A stretch of DNA of 33,748 nt, from positions 1 through 33,748 of the forward strand of contig JACQUI010000102.1 of assembly GCA_016210395.1 (NCBI GenBank). Direction: 5' to 3'. The notes below the pieces were generated by a model that saw only the letters and a program-made list of their open reading frames with translations, was not told where the DNA came from and ran no database searches. The translations under genes and the position numbers were made by a program. This document shows, piece by piece, positions 19,801 to 23,707 of the stretch; the stretch's first letter is position 1, and each line of letters begins with the position of its first letter. This stretch comes from Chloroflexota bacterium (GTDB taxonomy: Bacteria; Chloroflexota; Dehalococcoidia; Lucifugimonadales; JACPCL1).

Positions 19801-19957
19801 AGCCAGCCCAACGCTCGTGCCGCCGACGCCCACAGCCGGGCCAGGCGTGCCCACCGGCGCAGGCGGGGCCACGATCATCATCATCGTGGTGATCATCGTC
19901 GCGCTGGCGGCAGTGGTCGGCTTCCTCATCTTCCGCCGCCGCACGGCTCAGGGATAG
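7898..19957 (+). CDS. Giant (4,019 aa) multi-domain cell-surface protein: FN3 / Ig-like / IPT-TIG arrays with a C-terminal membrane anchor
   Basis: Single uninterrupted 12,060-nt ORF. Signal/anchor KIGIVFLLTIAITSALVFLATTAQG. About 20 FN3-like modules (W..P..DGG..I..Y......LTNG..Y.F.V.A.N..G). About 11 Ig-like modules ending D.AGN.S......V..D...P. Two IPT/TIG-like modules, a PT-rich linker, TM IIIIVVIIVALAAVVGFLIF, and RRR. Confidence 0.93.
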   Translation: MLTTSKLLDSRKIGIVFLLTIAITSALVFLATTAQGSSATLQTNKTTPYLVGETVGSTATYYIDASIDTIYRMQLGVAPTSGVPDNQSFVVDLRFDKGGPFDLTNRLPADMQARGSSLLLSVGYDDAVGAGYGYAYGYTGFGYSYGYAYCCGYGYGYGYGGSTGGAARIILNLSWDPPRINAKDGTYLATFTVGSDKGEFTAADEFSFVKVSALDVTITDPADDSVLTSTAPISIKGGINDPTGVVNVSLARPDGSLVTVPATMGNLSWSSPLLSLGEGRNILTADATNGYTPALTDTATSTVIVDKTRPKLKILNPGGVTNNASIDIDISFIEANPAQLILKRNGAVIHSLGRAPLETSGGVLKLPVPLEDGPNLICAEMTDRAGFTPDPSDPFNVLCAAPITLDQTPRPPTNVVATRGNSSATLTWSALDPFGQPIDNGSPLLFYTIKALKVNPAEPGDEPQISAPGTALEAIVAGLTNGTTYKFRITATNAKGASDPAFSNVITLGTIPGTPSLSAALVSHNSAGIVWSLSADGGLPVTFTLFRDGAVVLTTTATSFTDTGLSKATTYAYRVRAANAVGPNLVDSDTKSVTTPDVPAAPVLSGIAKDKAVDLTWTASPDQPFAPVFGYEVQMKAGPGSFVTIASLGRVTSHTVLGLTNGVTYSFRVRALNVWGPGAFSNEVPFTPTGLPGKPGKPVATPFDSSALVIWTPPLDTGGLPILTYTVDGFEVGVMALSAPVVTKIVDGSLTSTLVTGLINGKSYVFTVTARNTVDFGPPSDPSDPVMPSGVPGKPIIMSAFLVSHNSASIAWTLASNGGLPLGEVVFDVFRDGVKIATTPENTYTDAGLTVCTLYSYTVQARNINGAGPVSDPKTVKTACAPDAPIISVLDGDKQAHVSWFLPPPPPGPFEAPTGYELQMRTGAGPFVTIAMPAATQTAYTVNDLTNGVTYTFRVRAINAAGAGPWSGEVSATPSAFPGAPGKPVAKRAGPLALLLSWTAPLDTGGLPILEYRLDGYALPSSLTSLEMTAAAPDVVVFVGGDKTSAIVGGLTNGTRYIFTVTARNARGFGAPSEPSDPVTVGGPPGKPVITEVSATHNSVHLRWIVDDGGLPVFFNVIRDGAIVATTTAMAFTDTGLAPSTTYKYRVRATNEEGSSESDETPVKAAPGPDAPDLKAFPWNKAVDLIWAGATGFSVVEFVLEMKLPSGGFTTVGVFGPGATATTVSGLTNGVPVTFRVLARYVGGLELYSSEVTVVPFGPPGKPGKPTATPVGADALVQWMPPVDDGGRPILGYRVDAFEVGVTSLATFVFNREVGPVTSTLMSPLTKGKEYFFVVTARNVAGYGEPSNPSDDFMSATEPGQPILSLGTVTHNSVQLDWTLADNGGLSPVVFEVYRNGAMVLTTTALAITDTGLSPSTKYTYRVRAFNARGFGKFSNEVSATTSGSPSAPSINVTAKDKSVDVSWIPGPGAPFAKFELQMGLAGGPLLPLVELPPTTTFFAATGLTNGVTYCFRVRAHNAAGPGEWSPTACAMPNGLPGAPGKPSAKAFEQSALVSWTPPLDKGGLDITRYTIRTYEVPGVMVTTSSVLISTIIVDGKLTSALVSGLVNGKSYNFSVAASNSNGEGPESLPSDAVKPGSPPTPPSAPNFVKATPGNKMAKLSWQKPVSDGGSELVSYKIYAKIGASAPVLVLTVAGTQQSAEVTGLTNGVTYRFLVTATNAAGLEGPAGVSNDVTPAGTPTAPLNVTAVAGKASAVASWDKPLSDGGSSITKYIVTSSPGGKTAEWSAGDLKATVTGLTNGVSYTFTVRAFNAIGPGPASAPSNPVTPSATAPATPDVTLMTPSPTNAASATLRIKTGIANVAKVIISGGLSEVVTTTPPFTPGEAFEIAVPLKPNTGNTLEVRAANSDGVVSEPAFVVVIQDSIKPLLGEGNVSTPPSPTKLGETVLTVTGVEVNATIEVARGGVVLASTVVTIPGKVETFKIALTPNATNTLEVTATDLAGNTSNKITRVVVHDNIAPAKPTINTVNGQLPGSATPTNKTSIIVNVTAENGSLVMITGGKTPAFKSASTVDITVELKLNQDNLLSIVATDAAGNASVAATVTVKQDGVAPSVSVDPIPAYTTSTALTLKVKTEAGATIIASILGNGMTSTVATGGTDDVRLTLLSNNLNVITVVAVDAAANTSTPAELKITHDNVAPSLVVLVPANETQTDTPLAVFTLSISAEKDALVIITGGAETVTDKGTGVARSVDVPLNPEVLNVLKIKAVDAAGNSPPEVTRNIKSSAAIPAPPTVSVPVSPVNANKVKFTVTNIQGTKLTVKHTSSAASSTVEFVTSPGDTKTLNLDLSQDDVNVFAFKVSSAAGVDSAVVTRSVTEDSTPPAQPALREAVPAETNLSSIIIKLEVESGVTVTVTELKSKKLVGSGKASSPIDILVELQLNQDNTLSIRAIDAAGNQSPALELVVRQDGQAPDKPKLIGKVKSPTTGTTATLKLSAETNSTIEVSGGKTLKTATATGEAQDVVVELNTGNGVLNTLVVIAKDSLGNVSEPLTVLVMQDNVKPAAPIVTSPLAPGETTMSAFITLTVGYSATDTTIKTIQVAGPAADAKEPATGSGEQAVRVVLKANTDNVLVATLVDAAGNVSEPTTVTVKRGPAETSIFGTLRGTPENLSDAQAIATTVTPGITVDRVASAIDADSGEFELGGLDPTGEYTVQVIYKAGAGTDTRYYQAGASGNAGTSPASATKLKPGAAGISIEMSVLTKPVITGIGVAPAGTDNDVDRTLTITGTSLSGTQVWLVADAKTIELPITLKTDTAITATIQASTAPGAYKVQVRTGGGLSEPSSDTVVITKAAGIDPPVIKNLRDRFVRAGFPSVIRVEGANLKGDGETLVTILPLGLVVKATGINSAGTRMNVPILGTLPTGVYQLQPRNSKGIGPASEPFVVASCLPRGLRIARFPVCFGGGGIFSLALESTLTDSELILTNAGEDTAPGAPIASVRLPQGTSFTNEAGEGIETLLPPRMVTLPDDLQAKAPDAVGIKLGLSEGRVLLSTPVVLQVKITRAAASTPTLFLQLDETTFEEAGIEATVDGIAYKPGGIVLSKTLLPNGQAEFLMAALLTHFSEFVATDEDLVPDVPPSTPQNVEATAGNAQATITWEAPASDGGADITGYTATSNPGGKTATVGAGTFTTNVTGLTNGTDYTFSIVATNSAGDSAPATTDAVTPATTPGAPTGVTAGIGNTLSIISWSAPVSNGGFAITGFKITNDKNATTLLVGSGSTAATFTGLTNGVTYTFTVRAINALGDGDTAASNAVTPAAPTAKPGAPTGVTAAVKGPTSLEVTWTPGPQGGSPIKGYIITSDPPSTNSPLSVDGDATLTSAVVTGLTPGATYTFTVQAVNDVGASDPSAASTGVKVPGATPGAPTGVSATAGNGQATVNWTAPSPGDSAITKYIIRASSGVEKETPAPATSFVFTGLTNGVSYTFTVKAVNDAGAGAASAASNAVVPTAGGGGGGGGGGGGGTTLTAPAAPTGVAATAGNAQAVVTWTPPASDGGSPIVGYTIVSDPGNITAVAGAGETTAIVTGLQNGVTYTFWVIATNSIGNSLPSGKSGAVMPIAPTLPPVLPNNTGSSSATLNFEPTVSQTATAKTTSGAAVEIVAGGQIDLAVKPDGSNVLVLPIKLAAGASLDQFRDDASGVSVQGNVVRIIVKDAQGQPSIYLEAKVKSVTGTGNTAEVQLQDFRLKTAEQRKVVNGDVGTASVTFDAALVDVDIAPDATITVTIQNAPDAPDKTAFDAAAAAGNAKVTAYAYAAKVEKVKLADETDIGQAFVEMNAGKGFVDKYGLSKVKIMRRADGGAVSTLATEVKGSDDEGNVTFRATSPKGLSVFALVVQETLPPPPTPTPTPGPTATPTPTPPPATATPTPTPGVGTPTPTRTPAPGTVTPTPTPTVVGPRTPTPTPTPTPGVATATPTASPTLVPPTPTAGPGVPTGAGGATIIIIVVIIVALAAVVGFLIFRRRTAQG
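8282..8380 (+). other. Gly/Tyr-rich low-complexity insert with vicinal Cys, inside the N-terminal domain of the giant protein
   Basis: Codons 8282-8380 read GAGYGYAYGYTGFGYSYGYAYCCGYGYGYGYGG. Confidence 0.9.
9421..12810 (+). repeat. Four copies of a three-FN3 super-repeat (about 275-293 aa each) within the giant gene
   Basis: Units start near 9421, 10261, 11141 and 11965. Each unit has type a (VSHNS..W.L...GGLP..F.V.RDG......TDTGL), type b (KDK.VD..W......F.GYE.QM..G.G.F) and type c (PG.PGKP......AL..WTPPLD.GGL.I..Y..D..E). DNA identity between units is only moderate. Confidence 0.85.
13390..15852 (+). repeat. Array of nine roughly 90-aa Ig-like modules within the giant gene
   Basis: Each module ends with a variant of TL.V.A.D.AGN.S.P....V..D...P. 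Examples: TLEVTATDLAGNTSNKITRVVVHDNIAP, LLSIVATDAAGNASVAATVTVKQDGVAP, TLSIRAIDAAGNQSPALELVVRQDGQAP. Period is about 270 nt. Confidence 0.8.
17296..18735 (+). repeat. Five canonical FN3 modules, with a Gly13 tract (18413-18451) between the fourth and fifth
   Basis: Repeated PGAPTGV.A..GN..A.V.W..P...G...I..Y.I........LTNGV.YTFTV.A.N. Thirteen consecutive GGC/GGT/GGA codons at 18413-18451. Confidence 0.85.
19568..19957 (+). other. Pro/Thr-rich linker (19568-19866), TM helix (19868-19933) and basic tail of the giant protein
   Basis: LPPPPTPTPTPGPTATPTPTPPPATATPTPTPGVGTPTPTRTPAPG... followed by ATIIIIVVIIVALAAVVGFLIF RRRTAQG-stop. Confidence 0.9.
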
Positions 19958-19980
19958 CCTGATACACGTACCCGAATAGC

Positions 19981-20014
19981 GAAGGGGGCGGGCAGCTAAG
20001 CTGCCCGCCCCTTC
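19981..20014 (+). terminator. Hairpin terminator after the giant gene
   Basis: GAAGGGGGCGGGCAGC-TAA-GCTGCCCGCCCCTTC, a 15-bp stem with a one-base bulge, 24 nt after the stop. No clear T-tract follows. Confidence 0.55.
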
Positions 20015-20023
20015 CTGCGCCCA

Positions 20024-20032
20024 TGCTATAAT
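20024..20032 (+). promoter_or_regulatory. Putative extended -10 promoter element for queF
   Basis: TGcTATAAT (TG at 20024-20025, TATAAT at 20027-20032), 33 nt upstream of the queF ATG. No good -35 is visible; the terminator hairpin occupies that position. Confidence 0.4.
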
Positions 20033-20064
20033 CAACCTCACATCACGCCATCCCAGGGACACAC

Positions 20065-20469
20065 ATGCTGACCGATAAATACGCATCCCGCCGGTACGAC
20101 GTTGAAGACGAAGCCAGGATAGACGCCGAGGTGCTGGAGCACATCCCCTTCGACTACCCCGGCACGGCCACGGACGTCACCTACGAGACAAACGAGTTCA
20201 CCTCCGTCTGCCCCTGGACAGGCCTGCCGGACTTCGCCCGCCTGGTCATCGTCTACCGCCCCGGCGATAGGCTGGTGGAGCTGAAGTCGCTGAAGTACTA
20301 CCTCACCTCCTACCGCAACGTGGGCATCCTGCAGGAGCACGCCATTAACCGCGTGCTCAAAGACCTCGTCGCCCTGCTCCAGCCGGAGCGCATGGTGGTG
20401 GAGGGCTACTACAACGAGCGCGGCGGCTTGCGCACCCACGTCCGCGCCGAATACCCCGCCGCGGGCTAG
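20065..20469 (+). CDS. queF: NADPH-dependent 7-cyano-7-deazaguanine (preQ0) reductase QueF, short unimodular type
   Basis: [15 protein letters not shown] (catalytic Cys motif E-F/Y-T-S-x-C-P-x-T-G-x-P-D). Also [11 protein letters not shown] and the 134-aa size. Confidence 0.9.
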   Translation: MLTDKYASRRYDVEDEARIDAEVLEHIPFDYPGTATDVTYETNEFTSVCPWTGLPDFARLVIVYRPGDRLVELKSLKYYLTSYRNVGILQEHAINRVLKDLVALLQPERMVVEGYYNERGGLRTHVRAEYPAAG

Positions 20470-20472
20470 GCG

Positions 20473-21399
20473 ATGGCCTCCCAGGCCACGCAGTCAGAGA
20501 GCGACGCCCAGCTTCCGGCTGCCCTGGAAAACCATGCCGCAGACCTGGCCGGCCAAGCGGGCGCCCTGCTCCTGGACTACTTCAACCGCCCTCTTGAGAC
20601 CACCTACAAGTCCAAAGGCCACGGCGATCCCGTCACCGATGCCGACAAGGCAGCGCATGAGCTGCTGGTCAAGGGCATCCAAGCCCGCTTCCCAGAGCAC
20701 GGCGTCCTTTCAGAAGAGGGCGCGGGCACTCCCCCAGCCGGCGCAACTCCCTACCTCTGGGTCATTGACCCTCTGGACGGCACGACAAACTACCTCAACC
20801 GTTTCCCCCTCTGGGGCGTCTCCATCGGCGTGCTGCGCAATGGCGTTCCCGTCGCCGCCGCCCTCTACCTCCCTGCGCTGGCCAGCCTGGGCAGCCCCCT
20901 GCTGCACGCCCGCGCCGGCGGCGGCTCCCACATCGGCGATGCGCCCCTTGCGCTGGCTTTCGGCGCGGAGACCTCCGACCGCCGTCTGACGACGATGCCC
21001 GCCTACTTCCGCGGCCAGTTCCGCATGTCGAAAACACTTCGCCGCAACATCGGCGAGGTGCGCAACACCGGCAGCATCGCATGCGAGCTGGCGCTGGCTG
21101 CCACAGGCTCCCTCCAGCTTGCCGCGTTCGGCTCGCCGAAGATATGGGATGTAGCTGCAGGCGCGCTCATCGTCAATGAGGCGGGCGGACGGGTCATGGT
21201 GCGAACGCGGAGGAGCCGCTGGAAGCCCTTCGAGTCGTTCCTTGATCCCGGCGCCGGCCTTCCCCGCGACGGCAACCTGGCCAAGTGGGGCGCCGGCCTG
21301 CTGGCGGGCGCGCCCGCTGCCGTAGACGCTGCCGCCTCCGGCCTTCGCCCGCGCCTCGGCCTGGTACGGTGGTTCCGCCGCCTTCTCGACAGGCGGTAG
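20473..21399 (+). CDS. Inositol monophosphatase family protein (SuhB/HisN-like phosphatase)
   Basis: Metal-binding motifs SEE, WVIDPLDGTTNY and WDVAAG. It starts 3 nt after the queF stop. Confidence 0.88.
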   Translation: MASQATQSESDAQLPAALENHAADLAGQAGALLLDYFNRPLETTYKSKGHGDPVTDADKAAHELLVKGIQARFPEHGVLSEEGAGTPPAGATPYLWVIDPLDGTTNYLNRFPLWGVSIGVLRNGVPVAAALYLPALASLGSPLLHARAGGGSHIGDAPLALAFGAETSDRRLTTMPAYFRGQFRMSKTLRRNIGEVRNTGSIACELALAATGSLQLAAFGSPKIWDVAAGALIVNEAGGRVMVRTRRSRWKPFESFLDPGAGLPRDGNLAKWGAGLLAGAPAAVDAAASGLRPRLGLVRWFRRLLDRR

Positions 21400-21403
21400 C
21401 AAG

Positions 21404-21453
21404 GCCGTCCTCCCGTAGGAGCGACGCATGCGTCGCTCCTACGGGAGGACGGC
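21404..21453. terminator. Perfect 50-nt palindrome between convergent genes (probable bidirectional terminator / REP-like hairpin)
   Basis: GCCGTCCTCCCGTAGGAGCGACGCA|TGCGTCGCTCCTACGGGAGGACGGC: the two 25-nt halves are exact reverse complements. It sits between the stop at 21397-21399 (+) and the stop at 21466-21468 (-). Confidence 0.6.
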
Positions 21454-21465
21454 TCGGGTCTGTCC

Positions 21466-22446
21466 CTACCTGAACCGGGGCAGCACCTCGCGGCCCATCA
21501 TGCGAATGGCGGCCAGCGCCTCTTTCTGGCCCATGCCCGGCCACTGCATGCGCATGATGATGGTCTCGACGCCCAGCGCCTCGTAGCGCCGGACCTCCTG
21601 CTCGCATTGGTCTGGGTCGCCGATGATGAACCGGTCCTTCAGGATCTGCTCGAAGGGCACGTCAATCCTGTCGGCCTGGGGCAGGTCCCGCGCATGCCCC
21701 AGCGACGCGCGGTCTGCGTACAGCGCCTCCACCGAGGGCCGGACGGTCTCCATGGCCTTGCGCTTGCTGCCGGCCACGTACGCCTCTCTCCACGCCCAGA
21801 TCACCGGCTGCTTGCCTGCCTTCTGCGCGGCCTCCTTGAACAGCGCCGCCTGCTTCTCGATGGTCGGGTACGTGGCGCGTGTGCTGATGAGCCAGCCGTC
21901 CGCAATGCTGGGCGCGCGCTGGATGCCGGGGTCGGCGTTCGCCGCCACAAGGATGCGCGGGTACGGCCGGCTGGCGGGCCTGGCGATCGGCCTGTCCACG
22001 TCCACCTGAACGTATTTGCCGTGGTAGCTCACCACGTCTTGCGCCCAGAGCTGCTTCATCGCCTCCAGCGTCTCCAGGAACCTCCCCAGCCGCTGCTTGG
22101 CAGGGATGCCGAACGCGTCGAACTGGAACTCGCGCCACCCTTGCGCCACCGCCACGGTCAGCTTGCCTCCGCACATCATGTCCAGGGTAGACAGCTCCTC
22201 GGCCAGCACAATGGGGTGCTCCAGGGGCAGCAGGAACAGCGTCCCCAACGCCATGCCCGGGATGTGCGCCGTCAGCCGCGCCTGCAGGAGCGTGCCTTGC
22301 AGCCCGCGTCCAAGGTGGCCGCCACTGACCCACACAGCGTCGAAGCCGGCCTCCCGCGCGGCCTGCGCCTTCTTGATAGAGTCCCTCAGCACCTCCTCCA
22401 TGGACTGCTCCGGCAGCCCGCCAAAGAGCAAGAGCCCGAAGTTCAT
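21466..22446 (-). CDS. LLM-class (luciferase-like) flavin/F420-dependent oxidoreductase
   Basis: 326-aa ORF MNFGLLLFGG......A..AGFD.VWV..H. Size and pattern fit the luciferase-like monooxygenase family. AAGGAGG lies upstream of the ATG at 22444-22446. Confidence 0.8.
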   Translation of the reverse strand: MNFGLLLFGGLPEQSMEEVLRDSIKKAQAAREAGFDAVWVSGGHLGRGLQGTLLQARLTAHIPGMALGTLFLLPLEHPIVLAEELSTLDMMCGGKLTVAVAQGWREFQFDAFGIPAKQRLGRFLETLEAMKQLWAQDVVSYHGKYVQVDVDRPIARPASRPYPRILVAANADPGIQRAPSIADGWLISTRATYPTIEKQAALFKEAAQKAGKQPVIWAWREAYVAGSKRKAMETVRPSVEALYADRASLGHARDLPQADRIDVPFEQILKDRFIIGDPDQCEQEVRRYEALGVETIIMRMQWPGMGQKEALAAIRMMGREVLPRFR

Positions 22447-22522
22447 GTCGCCTCCTTCAGAGCCTGTCGTATCAGCAACGCCTCACCTTCACCGTATTCT
22501 GAGGCTGCGCTTACTTTACCAA

Positions 22523-22720
22523 CCGTCACGTCTGCCCTCCCCCCGCCACCGCCTTCCAGAGGATTCGTTCCTCCCAAAAAATAAAACGAATCCAGATACA
22601 AACCCAAGCCAATAAAGGCCCCCAAGAAGCGCAAAAAACGAATCCCCGCCCCTCCTCTCCTCCCCCCGCCGACTGACCTCTTCCGCGCGGCAGGCCGCCG
22701 GCCCTGCCGTCCGTCACGTC
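22523..22720. repeat. Intergenic block of short exact direct repeats arranged in mirrored order, with polypurine G-tracts on the minus strand
   Basis: CCGTCACGTC at 22523-22532 and 22711-22720. CCTCCCCCCGCC at 22536-22547 and 22659-22670. AAAACGAATCC at 22583-22593 and 22635-22645. GGATTCGTT (22561-22569) pairs with AACGAATCC (22585-22593). Confidence 0.7.
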
Positions 22721-22757
22721 CCTGCAACAATTCCGCTGCGCTCCCCCGTCTGCCAGC

Positions 22758-23546
22758 CTATGTCCGCCCCGTTCGCGCCGCCCGCACCTTCGCCAGCGCA
22801 TCCGCCGATGCGCCGCGCAGTAGCGTGGGCACGTGCGTGTACAGGTAGCCCACGCCCTGGGCAGCGTACTGCGCGATCACATCCGGCGCGCCCACACAGC
22901 CGGCGGTGCGGCCCGCCGCCATGATGGCAGCCAGCGCATGTTGCACCGCCTGCCGCACCTCCGGGTGGTTCGGCTCCTTCAGGTGGCCCAGCGAGCCGGA
23001 CAGGTCCGTCGGCCCGACGAAGAAGACGTCCACGCCCTCTACGCGCAGAATGTCCTCCAGGTTGCGCACCGCCTCTGCATCCTCGATCTGGGCGCAGACC
23101 AGCGTCTCGTTGTTCACCCAGTCCACGTACTCGCTGCGTGAGGCGCGCAGCTCAAAGGTGGCGCTGCGCAGGGCCGCCGCGCCCATGCCTCGCGCTCCCA
23201 ACGGCGGGTACTTGATGGCTTCCACCGCCCGCTTGGCGTCGTCGGCCGTCCGGATGTGCGGCATCTGCGCGCCCATTGCGCCACGGTCCAGCAGGCGCGG
23301 AAGCTCGTCCGACCCCGCAGACGGCGGACGTACGATGGGGATGACGCCCGCCAGCTCAGCGGCCATGCACATGTGCTCCACCGCCTCTGCGTTCATGGGG
23401 CCGTGCTCGCAGTCAATGAGCACCCAGTCGAACCCGCAGTACCCGATGATCTCCACCAGGTGTGGAGAAGGGAACGTCAGTGAGACGCCGATGGCCGGCT
23501 GGCCGGCCTTGAGCTTGGCCTTCATGGTGTTGGCGCGCATAGTCAC
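22758..23546 (-). CDS. HpcH/HpaI-family 2-keto-3-deoxy-acid aldolase
   Basis: KAKLKAGQPAIGV....PSP..VEI.G..GFDWVLIDCEHGP and DVFFVGP.DLS are family-typical. The ORF-track start is GTG at 23544-23546. In-frame ATGs at 23538-23540 and 23523-23525 are alternatives. Confidence 0.85.
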   Translation of the reverse strand: MTMRANTMKAKLKAGQPAIGVSLTFPSPHLVEIIGYCGFDWVLIDCEHGPMNAEAVEHMCMAAELAGVIPIVRPPSAGSDELPRLLDRGAMGAQMPHIRTADDAKRAVEAIKYPPLGARGMGAAALRSATFELRASRSEYVDWVNNETLVCAQIEDAEAVRNLEDILRVEGVDVFFVGPTDLSGSLGHLKEPNHPEVRQAVQHALAAIMAAGRTAGCVGAPDVIAQYAAQGVGYLYTHVPTLLRGASADALAKVRAARTGRT

Positions 23547-23707
23547 CGCCGGAGCAAGATGCCGCCTAGTCTAGCGCATTGCGTACGTCTTCTCCAGGGT
23601 CCATACCTCTGCTCTAGATACTAGCTCTAGTACTTTCAGATAAGCCTGTGCTCAAATGGAGGCCGTAGTTATGGGTACGTATTTAGTAGTAACGAGGCTC
23701 AAGAACG

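Noticed and set aside
7898-19957. Diversity-generating retroelement or phase-variable cassette system acting on the giant gene
   Set aside because: There is no reverse transcriptase, recombinase or silent cassette in the window. Repeat units are diverged rather than near-identical. I see no template/variable repeat pair with adenine-specific differences.
19958-20064. preQ1 riboswitch upstream of queF
   Set aside because: Only about 33 nt lie between the -10 element and the ATG. I see nothing resembling the preQ1-I core (…AGAGGTTC…CTA…AAAAAACTA…).
16745-20086. 1,113-aa ORF on the minus strand overlapping the 3' third of the giant gene and the queF start
   Set aside because: Same reasoning. 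The product is extremely Arg/Gly-rich (RRRRGRCRRWRRRR…) and mirrors the PT-linker and FN3 codons. It also runs through the terminator hairpin and the queF promoter.
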